Notes: generated by a model not told the origin, from the letters alone. 64,000 nucleotides of DNA from Beijerinckiaceae bacterium (GCA_027532775.1 JAPZTO010000006.1:136047-200046); one strand, 5' to 3'; positions 38,370 to 47,971 are shown, numbered from the stretch's first letter. A program made the numbers and translations.

Positions 38370-39013
38370 ATGCGCCAAACCGGTTTCTCCCGAAGGTCAT
38401 CGCCCTCGCTGTCACCGGCTTTGCTCGGCTTGTTACCGGTGTGAGGCCGGAATGGCGCGGATGCGAGCCTGCGCCCCGTCGCAGGGTCTATTTCGCCAAC
38501 CATGCCAGCCATGGCGATTTCGTGCTCATCTGGACAGTGCTTCCGGCCGCGCTGCGGGCCCGAACCCGCCCGGTGGCCGCCGGGGATTATTGGGGAGGAG
38601 ACGGGCTTCGCGGGTATATCGGCCGGGCTGTTTTCAATGCGGCATTGATTGACCGAACTCCAGAGCCTGGCCAGCAGCACCCGATCGACTACTTGCGCGG
38701 CGTGCTTGCGGAAGGATCCTCGCTGATCTTCTTTCCGGAGGGTACGCGAAACACCACCGATGCCGTGCTGTTGCCGTTCAAAAGCGGTCTCTTTCGCCTC
38801 GCCGAGGGCGATTCGGAAACCGAGTTCGTCCCGGTCTGGATCGACAATCTCTCGCGCGTCATGCCCAAGGGGCAATTCCTCCCGATCCCCCTGCTCTGCT
38901 CGGTGACCTTCGGTGCGCCGATGCATCACGAACCGGGCGAGGAGAAAACCGCCTTTCTCAATCGCGCACGCGAGGCGCTGCTCGCGCTCAAGCCTAAAGG
39001 CCCTGCTGCATGA
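38366..39013 (+). CDS. PlsC-family lysophospholipid acyltransferase
   Basis: NHASHGD (HX4D) and FFPEGTR. Confidence 0.9.
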   Translation: MNAPNRFLPKVIALAVTGFARLVTGVRPEWRGCEPAPRRRVYFANHASHGDFVLIWTVLPAALRARTRPVAAGDYWGGDGLRGYIGRAVFNAALIDRTPEPGQQHPIDYLRGVLAEGSSLIFFPEGTRNTTDAVLLPFKSGLFRLAEGDSETEFVPVWIDNLSRVMPKGQFLPIPLLCSVTFGAPMHHEPGEEKTAFLNRAREALLALKPKGPAA

Positions 39014-39951
39014 ATACCCCTGCCGAAGTCCTGATGCTGTTCGGCGGCATTCTCGCCGTGCTGGTTGTGGCCACCACAATCGGCCAGGTTCTGGCACGCC
39101 GCGTCGGGCCAGAACCCAGCCCTACGATCGAGAACCTGAACCAGCGCATCCTCGCCTGGTGGGTGATGGTGGGACTGATCGGACTCGCCTTCCTGTTCGG
39201 CAAGACGGGCGTGATCCTGCTGTTTGCATTTACATCCTTCGCGGCCCTGCGCGAATTCCTGACATTGACACCGACCCGGCTCGGCGACCATTGGGCGCTG
39301 CTGGCAGCCTTCCTCGTCGTTCTGCCGGTGCAGTATTACCTGATCTGGATCGAGTGGTACGGGCTCTATTCGATCTTCATCCCCGTCTATGCCTTCCTGC
39401 TGCTGCCGATCATCGCGGCAGTCAGCGGTGACACAACGCGATTTCTGGAGCGTGTCGCCTTCGTCCAATGGGGGCTGATGATCACGGTGTTTTGCGTGAG
39501 CCATGTCCCGGCATTCCTGACGCTGGATATTCCCGGCCATGCCGGCAAGCAGGTCCTGCTGGTCGCCTTTCTCGTGATCGTGGTGCAGGGCTCCGATGTC
39601 CTGCAATACGTGTTCGGCAAGCTCTTCGGCCGTCACAAGGTGGCGCCGAGCCTTTCACCCTCCAAGACATGGGAGGGCCTGATCGGCGGCGTGGCCTCGG
39701 CGAGCCTTGTCGGCGCAGGGTTATGGTGGATCACGCCCTTCTCACCCTTCCAGGCGGGAATCATCGCGCTGATCGTCTGCCTGATGGGCTTTTTCGGCGG
39801 GCTCGTCATGTCGGCCATCAAACGGGATCGTGGCGTGAAGGATTGGGGTCGGATGATCGAGGGGCATGGCGGCATGCTTGACCGCCTCGACAGCGTGATC
39901 TTCGCTGCCCCGATCATGTTCCACATCACGCGGTACTGGTTCAGCGCGTAG
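39010..39951 (+). CDS. Phosphatidate cytidylyltransferase, CdsA paralogue (YnbB-like)
   Basis: SDVLQYVFGK, SPSKTWEG, IKRDRGVKDWG, GHGGMLDRLDS. Confidence 0.92.
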   Translation: MNTPAEVLMLFGGILAVLVVATTIGQVLARRVGPEPSPTIENLNQRILAWWVMVGLIGLAFLFGKTGVILLFAFTSFAALREFLTLTPTRLGDHWALLAAFLVVLPVQYYLIWIEWYGLYSIFIPVYAFLLLPIIAAVSGDTTRFLERVAFVQWGLMITVFCVSHVPAFLTLDIPGHAGKQVLLVAFLVIVVQGSDVLQYVFGKLFGRHKVAPSLSPSKTWEGLIGGVASASLVGAGLWWITPFSPFQAGIIALIVCLMGFFGGLVMSAIKRDRGVKDWGRMIEGHGGMLDRLDSVIFAAPIMFHITRYWFSA

Positions 39952-40951
39952 CCGGGCGCCAGGGCGAATCCGGCCGGATGAACCGGGCGATCTCGGCCAA
40001 CGGGATCTCTGCCGACTCGGCAGGTGGGCTCAAGGTGGTCCAGGAGACGGTCACCTTGTCCGCTCCGAAGGCCCAGATCACGCCCTTGCCACCGGAGAGG
40101 ATCTCCTCGAGCCGCTCGTCCAGTTCGTCGGGCCGGTTGATGTCGCGGCGCAGCGCTTCGTGCATGACCTTCCGCCAATTGGCATTCCGCTCGAAGACCG
40201 CGGAAAGCGACACGGGAGCGCCCGTCATCATGTCAATGTTCAGACCGACATCCCGGTCGGGGACCGCCGTGCCGGCATCGACATGCTCGTTGAACTGCAG
40301 GCTCAGAAGGCGTTGCCCAAGATAGGAAACCGCGTAGGTCCGGGTCACGGCACCGTTCAGCGTAATCCGGCCGGCGATCAACGGCTTCTCCGGGGCGATC
40401 ATGCGGCGCAGGGCCGCCTCGAAGGCCTTCATGGCCGGTTCCGGCGCGCCGGACATCACCGGCATGACATCCTCCGTGATCCACCCCATGCGCCGGTCCG
40501 ACGGATCATCCGCCGGGTGGATCCGGAATTCGGTTCGCAGCCTTGGCTCGATTCGGATACCGTCCACCGTGACGACCGACAGCCCGGCCAGGTGCCCGGC
40601 TCTCTGGGTCATCAATTCGGCGAGGCACTGCGAAACCTCGCCCAGAGCATCTGGCTTACGGGCGCGATCGACAGCGCAGAGCCGGTCCGCATAGGCATTG
40701 AACTGGCGCTGCGATTCCTTCAGCGCCGCAGCTTGTGGTGGCGACAGCCTGCTCAGGAGCGGCGCATAGGCCGCGGCCATTTCCGAATCGGTCCGGCGAG
40801 CGTCCTCCGTGGCGCAGGTCGCGCGCTCGCGGGCGGTCACCGCCTTCCGGCAATCGAAGCTGGCGGGTGTCTCGGGAGCCTGGGCAAAAGCCGAGAAGGC
40901 TGTGCCGGCAAGAAAAACGGCCGCACGAGCGGCCGGAGTCAGAATACGCAT
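39941..40951 (-). CDS. Exported protein with N-terminal LprI/DUF1311-like domain
   Basis: Signal peptide then ASFDCRKA..ERATC...D..MAAAY, LKESQRQF, CLAE; start ATG 40951 after GGAG. Confidence 0.7.
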   Translation of the reverse strand: MRILTPAARAAVFLAGTAFSAFAQAPETPASFDCRKAVTARERATCATEDARRTDSEMAAAYAPLLSRLSPPQAAALKESQRQFNAYADRLCAVDRARKPDALGEVSQCLAELMTQRAGHLAGLSVVTVDGIRIEPRLRTEFRIHPADDPSDRRMGWITEDVMPVMSGAPEPAMKAFEAALRRMIAPEKPLIAGRITLNGAVTRTYAVSYLGQRLLSLQFNEHVDAGTAVPDRDVGLNIDMMTGAPVSLSAVFERNANWRKVMHEALRRDINRPDELDERLEEILSGGKGVIWAFGADKVTVSWTTLSPPAESAEIPLAEIARFIRPDSPWRPATR

Positions 40952-40992
40952 CGGAGGTTCTCCCTCGGGGGCAAGGGCAGCGGCTTGGAGGA

Positions 40993-41412
40993 TCAGGCGG
41001 CGTTCGGCAGGGCATCGGGAGCGGCAAGGCGCGGAACAAGTTCGCCGAGCAGCTTGCGCCAGGCCTGTTCGGCACTGGCAGTGAATTCTTCCTCGAACCG
41101 GCTGCGCAGGGTCGCGACAAGCGCTTCGGCCAGAACAAGCAGGACGTGAAGCGGCACCCGACCACCGGCACGATCGAGATAGCTTTCGAGCAAGGCCTCG
41201 AGCCGCTCGGGTCGGTCGAGCAGACCAGTCACCATGTCGATCGCGGGGGGGATCTCGATGCGGAGGTTCTGGACATCGCGAGGCAGATGGCCGCGCATCC
41301 AGGGATTGGCCCAGCAGGCCCGGGCAAGGCACTCGGCGCCGAAGGCATGGCCGAGCATGGCGACTTCGCCGGCCTGGCGACGGATCAGGGCAAGTTCGGC
41401 TTCATTCAGCAT
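40993..41412 (-). CDS. Globin-fold-like protein lacking the proximal His
   Basis: MLNEAELALIR A-helix start and LAEALVATLRSRFEEEFTASAEQAW G/H helices; no His at the expected F8 position. Confidence 0.6.
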   Translation of the reverse strand: MLNEAELALIRRQAGEVAMLGHAFGAECLARACWANPWMRGHLPRDVQNLRIEIPPAIDMVTGLLDRPERLEALLESYLDRAGGRVPLHVLLVLAEALVATLRSRFEEEFTASAEQAWRKLLGELVPRLAAPDALPNAA

Positions 41413-41514
41413 GGTATCGACTCCGTCTCGGCAGGTCTCGTGGGCAGAGGTCTCGATTGACGCATCCGGTCCGGCACCCGGGGGGTGGTGCTTGAGCGGA
41501 GGGATGGCCGGAGA

Positions 41515-41715
41515 TCAGCGAGCGCGGGTGATGTCGACGCCGTAACCTGTCTGGCCCGGCTGCTGGACGAAGCCGCCGGCCGGAACGAGCCGGTCCTGCC
41601 GCTTGGTGTAGACCGCCGTTTCGGCCTGGGCGCCCGGACCGGACGTGATGGCGGCAAAAGCGAGGGCGGTAACCAGGGTCAGGGCGAAAGTCAGGGCGAT
41701 GTTGCGGTAGAACAT
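41515..41715 (-). CDS. Small exported protein (66 aa)
   Basis: AGGAGG RBS; signal peptide ending GAQA; TKRQDRL motif. Confidence 0.65.
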   Translation of the reverse strand: MFYRNIALTFALTLVTALAFAAITSGPGAQAETAVYTKRQDRLVPAGGFVQQPGQTGYGVDITRAR

Positions 41716-41772
41716 GATGGCCTCCTGAAGCGTCTTGTCTGTTTTTCGATGTTCATCGTTCTGGCGGTTGTC

Positions 41773-41832
41773 TGTTTCGCCTGAGCGATGCCCATCGCCT
41801 TTCTGTGTTTCAGAATGGCTCGACGTGTTTCA
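41773..41832 (-). promoter_or_regulatory. Direct TGAAACA repeats upstream of the 66 aa gene
   Basis: Plus-strand TGTTTCA at 41826 and 41806, TGTTTCG at 41773. Confidence 0.55.
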
Positions 41833-41867
41833 GAAGACCGTGCGTTGCCGCACCGGACGAGGCGGTG

Positions 41868-42548
41868 TCACTCCCCGGCGAGGCGTCCTGCCCGATCAAG
41901 CACGGCGGGCCAGACCGGCTTGTTCGCATAGCGCTGGACGATGGCGGCATGAGCGGCCTTCGCGCCGTCACATTGCCGGGCGTTGCCCTCCTCCACCAGC
42001 TGCTGGCGCCGCGCAGCGGGAATGTCGGCCTTGAGGCCTTGCTTCACGCCGAGACAGGCCTCCAGCCGACCGAGATGCTGGCGGATATCTTCCGGGATGG
42101 TGGCGTCAGCCGGGCCCGGCTTGCTGTCGCCGGTTTCCTTGAGAGCGCGAAAGGCCAGGCCGGGATCATAGGCTTTCAGTGGCTCACCATCGCCATCCGG
42201 CTGCCAGTAGCTGTAGGTCACGGCTTTCTCGTTGTATGTGAGCACTTCGAGGTAGGTGACCGCGCCGTTCTGACGCAGCGTCATGTGGACCTCGCTGGAA
42301 GGGCGCTTTGCGGTGGCAAGGTATTTTGTCGCGGAGACCCGGCGCGCCTTCCAGTTCTCGCTGGTGCCCTTCTTGCGCAACACGGCTAGTTCCTCAGCCT
42401 CGATGCCTTCCGTGGTGTTGTCGAACACTTCGGCTGGCAGCAACGGCAGCCATTCCGCAATCACTTTCGATGAAGGCGGCTTGGCCGATGCCGTCGCCAC
42501 GACCAGAAGCGATATCGTGGCGGTGGCAGCCAGGCAGAGCATTTTCAT
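41868..42548 (-). CDS. Hypothetical exported protein
   Basis: Signal MKMLCLAATATISLLVVATASA; C-terminal Cys pair (ACLG...RQCD). Confidence 0.65.
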   Translation of the reverse strand: MKMLCLAATATISLLVVATASAKPPSSKVIAEWLPLLPAEVFDNTTEGIEAEELAVLRKKGTSENWKARRVSATKYLATAKRPSSEVHMTLRQNGAVTYLEVLTYNEKAVTYSYWQPDGDGEPLKAYDPGLAFRALKETGDSKPGPADATIPEDIRQHLGRLEACLGVKQGLKADIPAARRQQLVEEGNARQCDGAKAAHAAIVQRYANKPVWPAVLDRAGRLAGE

Positions 42549-42793
42549 CAGCAATTTCCTTCCTGTTGATCAGGCGTGTGCGGGCCGGTACGGTTCATCT
42601 TGCCCTGATCTGGCATGCGAGCGTTCCGGGGCGCCGTGCGATGTGACACATGCCAAGATGGCATAAGCGCGCGGGTGGCAGAAAGGGTGCTGAAATAATC
42701 GCTGCAACAGATGGCATCGCCGTGAAATGCGGCGCAGCCATCCTTGCAGCATGAAGACCGGGCCCGACCCAGCCCGACCGCCGGAGATCTGCC

Positions 42794-43123
42794 ATGCCCA
42801 ACCCTCGCTTCCTCCACCGTCTCGCCGTCGGCTTTAGCGTCGCAGGGGGGACCCTGCTGGCCATTTCCACGGCCTCGGCATTCTTCTGCTATGTGCCTGA
42901 AAAGCCGGAAGGCCCGGTGGCACTGCGCGAACGCCCCGATCCACAGGCGAAGATCGTCGCGATGATGCCGCCTGGCGGTATGGTTCGGGAAGTAAAGGGA
43001 AATTCCCGCCACAAGGAATGGGTCCAGGTCCTCTGGATTGCAGATCAGGCCCAGCAGAAGAAGGTGACCGGCCGTGGCTGGGTGGTCCACAGCCAGATCC
43101 ATGGCGGCGAATGCGAGGACTGA
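42794..43123 (+). CDS. Exported bacterial SH3-like domain protein
   Basis: Signal peptide; VALRERPDPQAKIV, EWVQV, GRGWV. Confidence 0.72.
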   Translation: MPNPRFLHRLAVGFSVAGGTLLAISTASAFFCYVPEKPEGPVALRERPDPQAKIVAMMPPGGMVREVKGNSRHKEWVQVLWIADQAQQKKVTGRGWVVHSQIHGGECED

Positions 43124-43227
43124 CGACGGGGCAGAACCCTTCGCCTTGCAGTCTTTGAAGAGCATTCCCCGGCTTTACATCCGGCAACTCCCTGCGGCAC
43201 AAAGTACCGGAACTGAGGGGGCAGGGC

Positions 43228-45921
43228 TTGACGTCGGTTCTGGATGGATCGGGAACGGATTTATGGCCGTCGCGTTGGGAATGGCGGCCGGACGACGACT
43301 CGCTCCTTATCGGCGCAGGGCTTGGCCGCCTGCTTGGCTGGCAACCCGGTGAAACGGGCATCGGTGCGCGATTCGTGGCCCGCGTCCATGCCGAGGATCT
43401 CGCCCGCCACCAATCCGAAATGCGAAAACTGTTGCGCGGCGAACCAGGCTTTACCTGCGCTTCGCGCGTGCTGGCCGCCAATGGAATCATGCTCTGGCTG
43501 TTCCTCTCGGCGCAGGCGGAACGCGACGGTTGCGGCCGCGTCACCCTCGTCAGGGGTCATGCGCATGTGATCGAGGAACCGCGTCATGGTACCGCCGTGC
43601 CAGGGCTGCCTTTTGCGGTGGCAGACCTGTTCTCGGCCGGAATCGCCGCTCTCGAAGCGAGCGAGGCCGAAAAAACAAGGCGGCTTGCGGCCGAGGAGAG
43701 CGCGTTCTCGCAGCGCGAGTTCCTGTCAACCGTGAGCCACGAGATCCGGAACCCGCTGACTGTCATCTTTGCCAATATCGGCATGCTGCGTGCCCGCGCC
43801 GAACAGCAACGCGACACGGGGCTGCTGCAGCGCCTGGCCGCCCTGGAGCGGGCGGGCAAACACCTGCGCGACCTCGTTTCCGACGTGCTCGATCTCGCGA
43901 AGATCGAAGCCGGCCACCTGACGGTGGAGCCGGAGTGGTTCGAGCTGGAGCCCTTGCTGCTCGAGATCGAGGAAATGGGCAATGCGCTGACGCGGGACAA
44001 CGGCGTGATGTTCCTGCTCGATACGCCGCTTGATCTCGGCCGCATGATGGGCGACCGGCTGAAACTGAAGCAGATCATGCTCAACCTCGTCGGAAATGCC
44101 GCCAAGTTCACCCGCGAGGGTCGAATCACGCTCAGCGTCATTGATGGCGGAAGCAGCCTCATCTTCGCCGTTTCGGATACGGGCCCGGGCATCCCGCCGG
44201 ACCGGCTCGACACTCTCTTCAAGGCCTTTTCGCAAGTCGGCGGTTCGAATGCGCCCCGCGCTGCGGGGACCGGGCTGGGGCTCTACATTTCCGAACGATA
44301 TGTCCGCATGCTGGGCGGACGCCTGTCCGTGAGCAGCCGGCTCGGAGAGGGCAGCACGTTCGACTTTGCCCTGCCCCGGGTGCTCCAGCCCGAAGTCATG
44401 CGCGTTCCGCCGGCCCGCTGCGAGAACCGGCTGGTCATCGGCCATACCGAGGATCTGGGCACGCTCGATCCGCATCTGCAGATGCGGGCCACGAATGCGA
44501 TGATCGCACGCCATCAGTTCGATTCGCTGACCGCGATGGACTCGACCGGGCGGCTGCGGCCTGGGCTGGCGGAGAGCTGGGAGCCGCTCGGCACCGAGGG
44601 CTGGCGGTTCACCCTGCGCCGCGGCGTGAGCTTTCATGACGGAACGCCCTTTGATGGCGAGGATGTGCTGGCGACCTTCGATCGGCTCAGGAAACTCGGC
44701 GGACCCTATGCCAGCTTTCTCAAGTCGATTACCCGCGTTGCATTGCCGGAGCCATACCGCCTCGATGTGTTCACGGATGGCGCCCAGCCCTTGTTGCCGA
44801 TCGATCTCAGTCTGCTCTCGATCATCAATCGACGGTTCCGCGACGCGGAGACCGCCGCATTCGACCGGCTGGAGGCCACACTCGGCACAGGTCCCTTCCG
44901 GCTCAAGGCCCGGCTTGGTTCCCGAACACTGCAGTTCGACGGGTTTCCGGCATATTGGGGCGGGCCACCCGAATGGGAACAACTGGAGTTCAGGCTGATC
45001 GATGAAAGTGGACTGGCCAGCGTCAGTGCCCTCCTCGCCGGCGAGGTGGACCTGATCGACAATGTCGGGCCGGACCAGTATCTCGACCTGCAGCGACGTG
45101 ATGACGTCATGCTGTCGACTTGCGAGAGCAACCGGGTCTGGTATCTGTTCTTTGACCAATCGCGTGATGCCTCGCCTTTTATCACGGATCGGTCAGGCAA
45201 GCCGCTGGATCGCAACCCGCTGAAGGATCCGCGGGTCAGACGGGCGATTTCACTCTCCATCGACCGGGAGTTCATCACGACGCGCCTGATGGCCGGCCAG
45301 GGGACGCCGTTGGGCGACGTCGCCGGGCCAGGTATCTTCGGCGTCAACCCCGCTTTGACTCCGCCCCTCTTTGATCCGACAACGGCGCGGCGGCTGATGG
45401 CCGAAGCGGGATATCCGGACGGGTTCGGCATTACCCTGCACGGCTCACGGGACCGGTCTTTCCACGGAGCGACCACGCTCAGGGCCATCGCCCTGATGCT
45501 CAACGCCATCGGCATTCTGTGCAAGCCGGAAGCCTTGGCTGCCGCCGAGTTTTACCCGCGCGCGGCCAAGCGCGATTTCAGCTTCGGCTTGTCGGGTTGG
45601 GGATCGGTGACCGGCGAGACATCGTACACCCTTCGCCTGCTGCTCTGCTCTCCGGACACGGCACGTGGCTTTGGCGGAGCGAATCGCGGTGGTTACGCCA
45701 ACCCGGATCTCGATGCGATTGTGGGAGAGGCCGTGCGGACGATGGACGACGATGTGCGTCGTCGGCTGCTCGAACGTGCCTCCGCCATCGCCATGGGCGA
45801 TGTAGCGATTGCTCCGATCTGTGCACGCCGTACCACCTGGGCGATGAAGAAAGGCCTGCGCTATGAAGCGCAAATGGATGGAGCGCTCCTCGCGATGGCT
45901 GCCCGCCGCGCGCGCGATTGA
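43228..45921 (+). CDS. PAS-HisKA-HATPase histidine kinase fused to a C-terminal family-5 solute-binding domain
   Basis: PAS_3 (WEW, VHAED, NGIMLW); H-box FLSTVSHEIRNPL, N-box NLVGNAAKFT, DTGPGI, GTGLGL; then TLDP...LAESWE..WRFTLRRGVSFHDGTPFDGEDV, GTGPF (SBP_bac_5). No TM segment or signal peptide. Confidence 0.88.
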   Translation: MTSVLDGSGTDLWPSRWEWRPDDDSLLIGAGLGRLLGWQPGETGIGARFVARVHAEDLARHQSEMRKLLRGEPGFTCASRVLAANGIMLWLFLSAQAERDGCGRVTLVRGHAHVIEEPRHGTAVPGLPFAVADLFSAGIAALEASEAEKTRRLAAEESAFSQREFLSTVSHEIRNPLTVIFANIGMLRARAEQQRDTGLLQRLAALERAGKHLRDLVSDVLDLAKIEAGHLTVEPEWFELEPLLLEIEEMGNALTRDNGVMFLLDTPLDLGRMMGDRLKLKQIMLNLVGNAAKFTREGRITLSVIDGGSSLIFAVSDTGPGIPPDRLDTLFKAFSQVGGSNAPRAAGTGLGLYISERYVRMLGGRLSVSSRLGEGSTFDFALPRVLQPEVMRVPPARCENRLVIGHTEDLGTLDPHLQMRATNAMIARHQFDSLTAMDSTGRLRPGLAESWEPLGTEGWRFTLRRGVSFHDGTPFDGEDVLATFDRLRKLGGPYASFLKSITRVALPEPYRLDVFTDGAQPLLPIDLSLLSIINRRFRDAETAAFDRLEATLGTGPFRLKARLGSRTLQFDGFPAYWGGPPEWEQLEFRLIDESGLASVSALLAGEVDLIDNVGPDQYLDLQRRDDVMLSTCESNRVWYLFFDQSRDASPFITDRSGKPLDRNPLKDPRVRRAISLSIDREFITTRLMAGQGTPLGDVAGPGIFGVNPALTPPLFDPTTARRLMAEAGYPDGFGITLHGSRDRSFHGATTLRAIALMLNAIGILCKPEALAAAEFYPRAAKRDFSFGLSGWGSVTGETSYTLRLLLCSPDTARGFGGANRGGYANPDLDAIVGEAVRTMDDDVRRRLLERASAIAMGDVAIAPICARRTTWAMKKGLRYEAQMDGALLAMAARRARD

Positions 45922-45933
45922 GCCATTGCCGGC

Positions 45934-46302
45934 TCAGGCGGCTTCCTCGATACCATCCGAGACAAGGGCAAAGGCGCTGCTCCAGGCTGATCGCGCTGGA
46001 CCGGTGAAGCCATCGCCGATCACTTCCTGCAGGGTATCCAACAGCGCGATTCCCATGGACGCGCAGATCTCGGGGCTATAGCGCATGCCGGCCTGCTCGC
46101 AGGCAGCCACCAGCAACTCGGCAAGGAAGCCGTGCGGGGTTTCCGCGCGGCTGGTCAGGCTGGCGAGCCAATTGCCTTGCGGCGCCCCGCTGGGCAGCAG
46201 CCCGGGCGTGATGCGGCCGAAAACAGCCGCAAAACGCTCGGCCCGCATGGACAGCGTAACAAGCTGGTCTTCCATCAGACGTTGGTCATTCGTGATCAGC
46301 AT
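45934..46302 (-). CDS. Second globin-fold-like protein lacking the proximal His
   Basis: C-terminal MGIALLDTLQEVIGDGFTGPARSAWSSAFALVS matches single-domain globin G/H helices; start ATG 46302. Confidence 0.62.
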   Translation of the reverse strand: MLITNDQRLMEDQLVTLSMRAERFAAVFGRITPGLLPSGAPQGNWLASLTSRAETPHGFLAELLVAACEQAGMRYSPEICASMGIALLDTLQEVIGDGFTGPARSAWSSAFALVSDGIEEAA

Positions 46303-46402
46303 TGCTGCCTCGACACCTCGATTGTGATGCTGGCAGGATGGGTCGGATCGGTTTCCACGCCATGCCGGGCGGGCCCGGCCTTGTTTCAGATGTTTCGCAC
46401 CG

Positions 46403-47128
46403 TCAGTCGCCGACGAACACGTATCCGACGCCCCGTACGGTCTTGATGTATCGTGGCGTGTCGGGATTCGGCTCGATTTTCTTGCGAAGCCGGGTAATGC
46501 GGATGTCAACGGCGCGTTCTGTGTCCCCCGTATCGCCATTGCCGGAATAATCGAGAATCTGGCTACGCGAGAGCGGCCTCCCGGCCCGCGTGGCGAGCAC
46601 CATCAGCAGGTCCAGTTCCAAAGCGGTCAAATCCATGGGCGCGCCCTTCGGGTCGAGCAGTACCCGCGAATCGAGGTCGAGCACCATACCGCCAAAGCGC
46701 AGACGTTTGCCGGAAGGTTCAGGCGCGACCGCCGCAGTTGGCGCGACTGCGGCCGGCAACCGGCGCAAGACACTGCGGACGCGTGCGAGAACCTCCCGCA
46801 ATTCGCATGGCTTGACGATGTAATCGTCCGCGCCGAGTTCGAGGCCGATAATGCGATCGATCGGCGTGCCTGCGGCGGTGGCAAAGATAATCCCGGTCCG
46901 GAACCCCTTGCCCCGGAGCCAGCGCGCAACGGAGAGCCCGTCCTCGCCGGGCATCGCGATATCGAGGACCGCAAGATCAAACGGCGCGGCCTCGATCGCC
47001 TCCCGGAACGTGCTGCCGCGGGCAAAGCCCTCGACCTCAAAACCGTTCATGGCGAGATATTCGACCACGGCATCGCGCAGATCGTCCTCGTCATCGACTA
47101 CGGCGATCCGCTTGTGATCTTCGGCCAT
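46403..47128 (-). CDS. OmpR-family response regulator
   Basis: AVVDDE, VLDIAMPGEDG, GADDYIVKP, VDIRITRLRKKIE, IKTVRGVGY. Confidence 0.93.
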   Translation of the reverse strand: MAEDHKRIAVVDDEDDLRDAVVEYLAMNGFEVEGFARGSTFREAIEAAPFDLAVLDIAMPGEDGLSVARWLRGKGFRTGIIFATAAGTPIDRIIGLELGADDYIVKPCELREVLARVRSVLRRLPAAVAPTAAVAPEPSGKRLRFGGMVLDLDSRVLLDPKGAPMDLTALELDLLMVLATRAGRPLSRSQILDYSGNGDTGDTERAVDIRITRLRKKIEPNPDTPRYIKTVRGVGYVFVGD

Positions 47129-47287
47129 GCCCAACCTTCTCCCTTGCCGGTCAGATTGACGCCTTGCCGTATTCCGACCGTCGCAGGGCCCGAATGCGGG
47201 CGCCCCCCGAACGTGCAGTCCTTGACTTGGCGGGTGGATTCTGATCCCGATCCCGGCGTCTTGTAACCGAACCGGAACCTCGGGCAA

Positions 47288-47971
47288 ATGGCCTCACGCG
47301 GCCGGATCATCCTTATCGACGATGAAATCGACCTGATCAGCGCCTTCGCGGAGTATCTGGTCGATCGCGGGTTCGATGCTGTCGCTGCCGATGGCGCCTA
47401 TGCCTTTGACGGGCTGGTGGCACAGCGCAAGCCAGACCTCGTGGTCCTCGATCTCGCCATGCCAGGCGAATCCGGCCAGGAGTTGCTGCTGCGCATCCGG
47501 GCAGGCAGCGATATTCCCGTCATCATCATGACCGGGCGGGCGGAACTCGTCGACCGGGTCCTCTGCCTTGAGATGGGCGCTGACGACATCGTCCAGAAGC
47601 CCATCGAACCCCGCGAACTGGTGGCGAGGATCCAGGGCCTGCTCGACCGGCGGCAGGGCCGACCACGCGATATCGTCCGGCTCGAGCGGACCACGGTCGA
47701 TCTGCGTGCCGCCCTCGTCATGCATGATAACGGTACCGAGGAACGGTTGACGATCAGCGAGATCATGCTGTTCCGCGCCTTCCTGGCCAACCCGTACAAG
47801 TTGCTGACACGAGACGAGATTCTCGATCTCGCCCCGGCCCAGGACCGGGATGCGCTTGACCGTTCGGTGGATCCGCGCGTCGCACGGCTGAAACGTAAGC
47901 TCGCTACAGAGTCGATCGAAACTCGGCGGGGACACGGCTATGTCTATGTTCCGAAGGCCGAAAAATCATAA
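47288..47971 (+). CDS. OmpR-family response regulator
   Basis: ILIDDE, VLDLAMPG, GADDIVQKP, DRSVDPRVARLKRK, TRRGHGY. Confidence 0.92.
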   Translation: MASRGRIILIDDEIDLISAFAEYLVDRGFDAVAADGAYAFDGLVAQRKPDLVVLDLAMPGESGQELLLRIRAGSDIPVIIMTGRAELVDRVLCLEMGADDIVQKPIEPRELVARIQGLLDRRQGRPRDIVRLERTTVDLRAALVMHDNGTEERLTISEIMLFRAFLANPYKLLTRDEILDLAPAQDRDALDRSVDPRVARLKRKLATESIETRRGHGYVYVPKAEKS

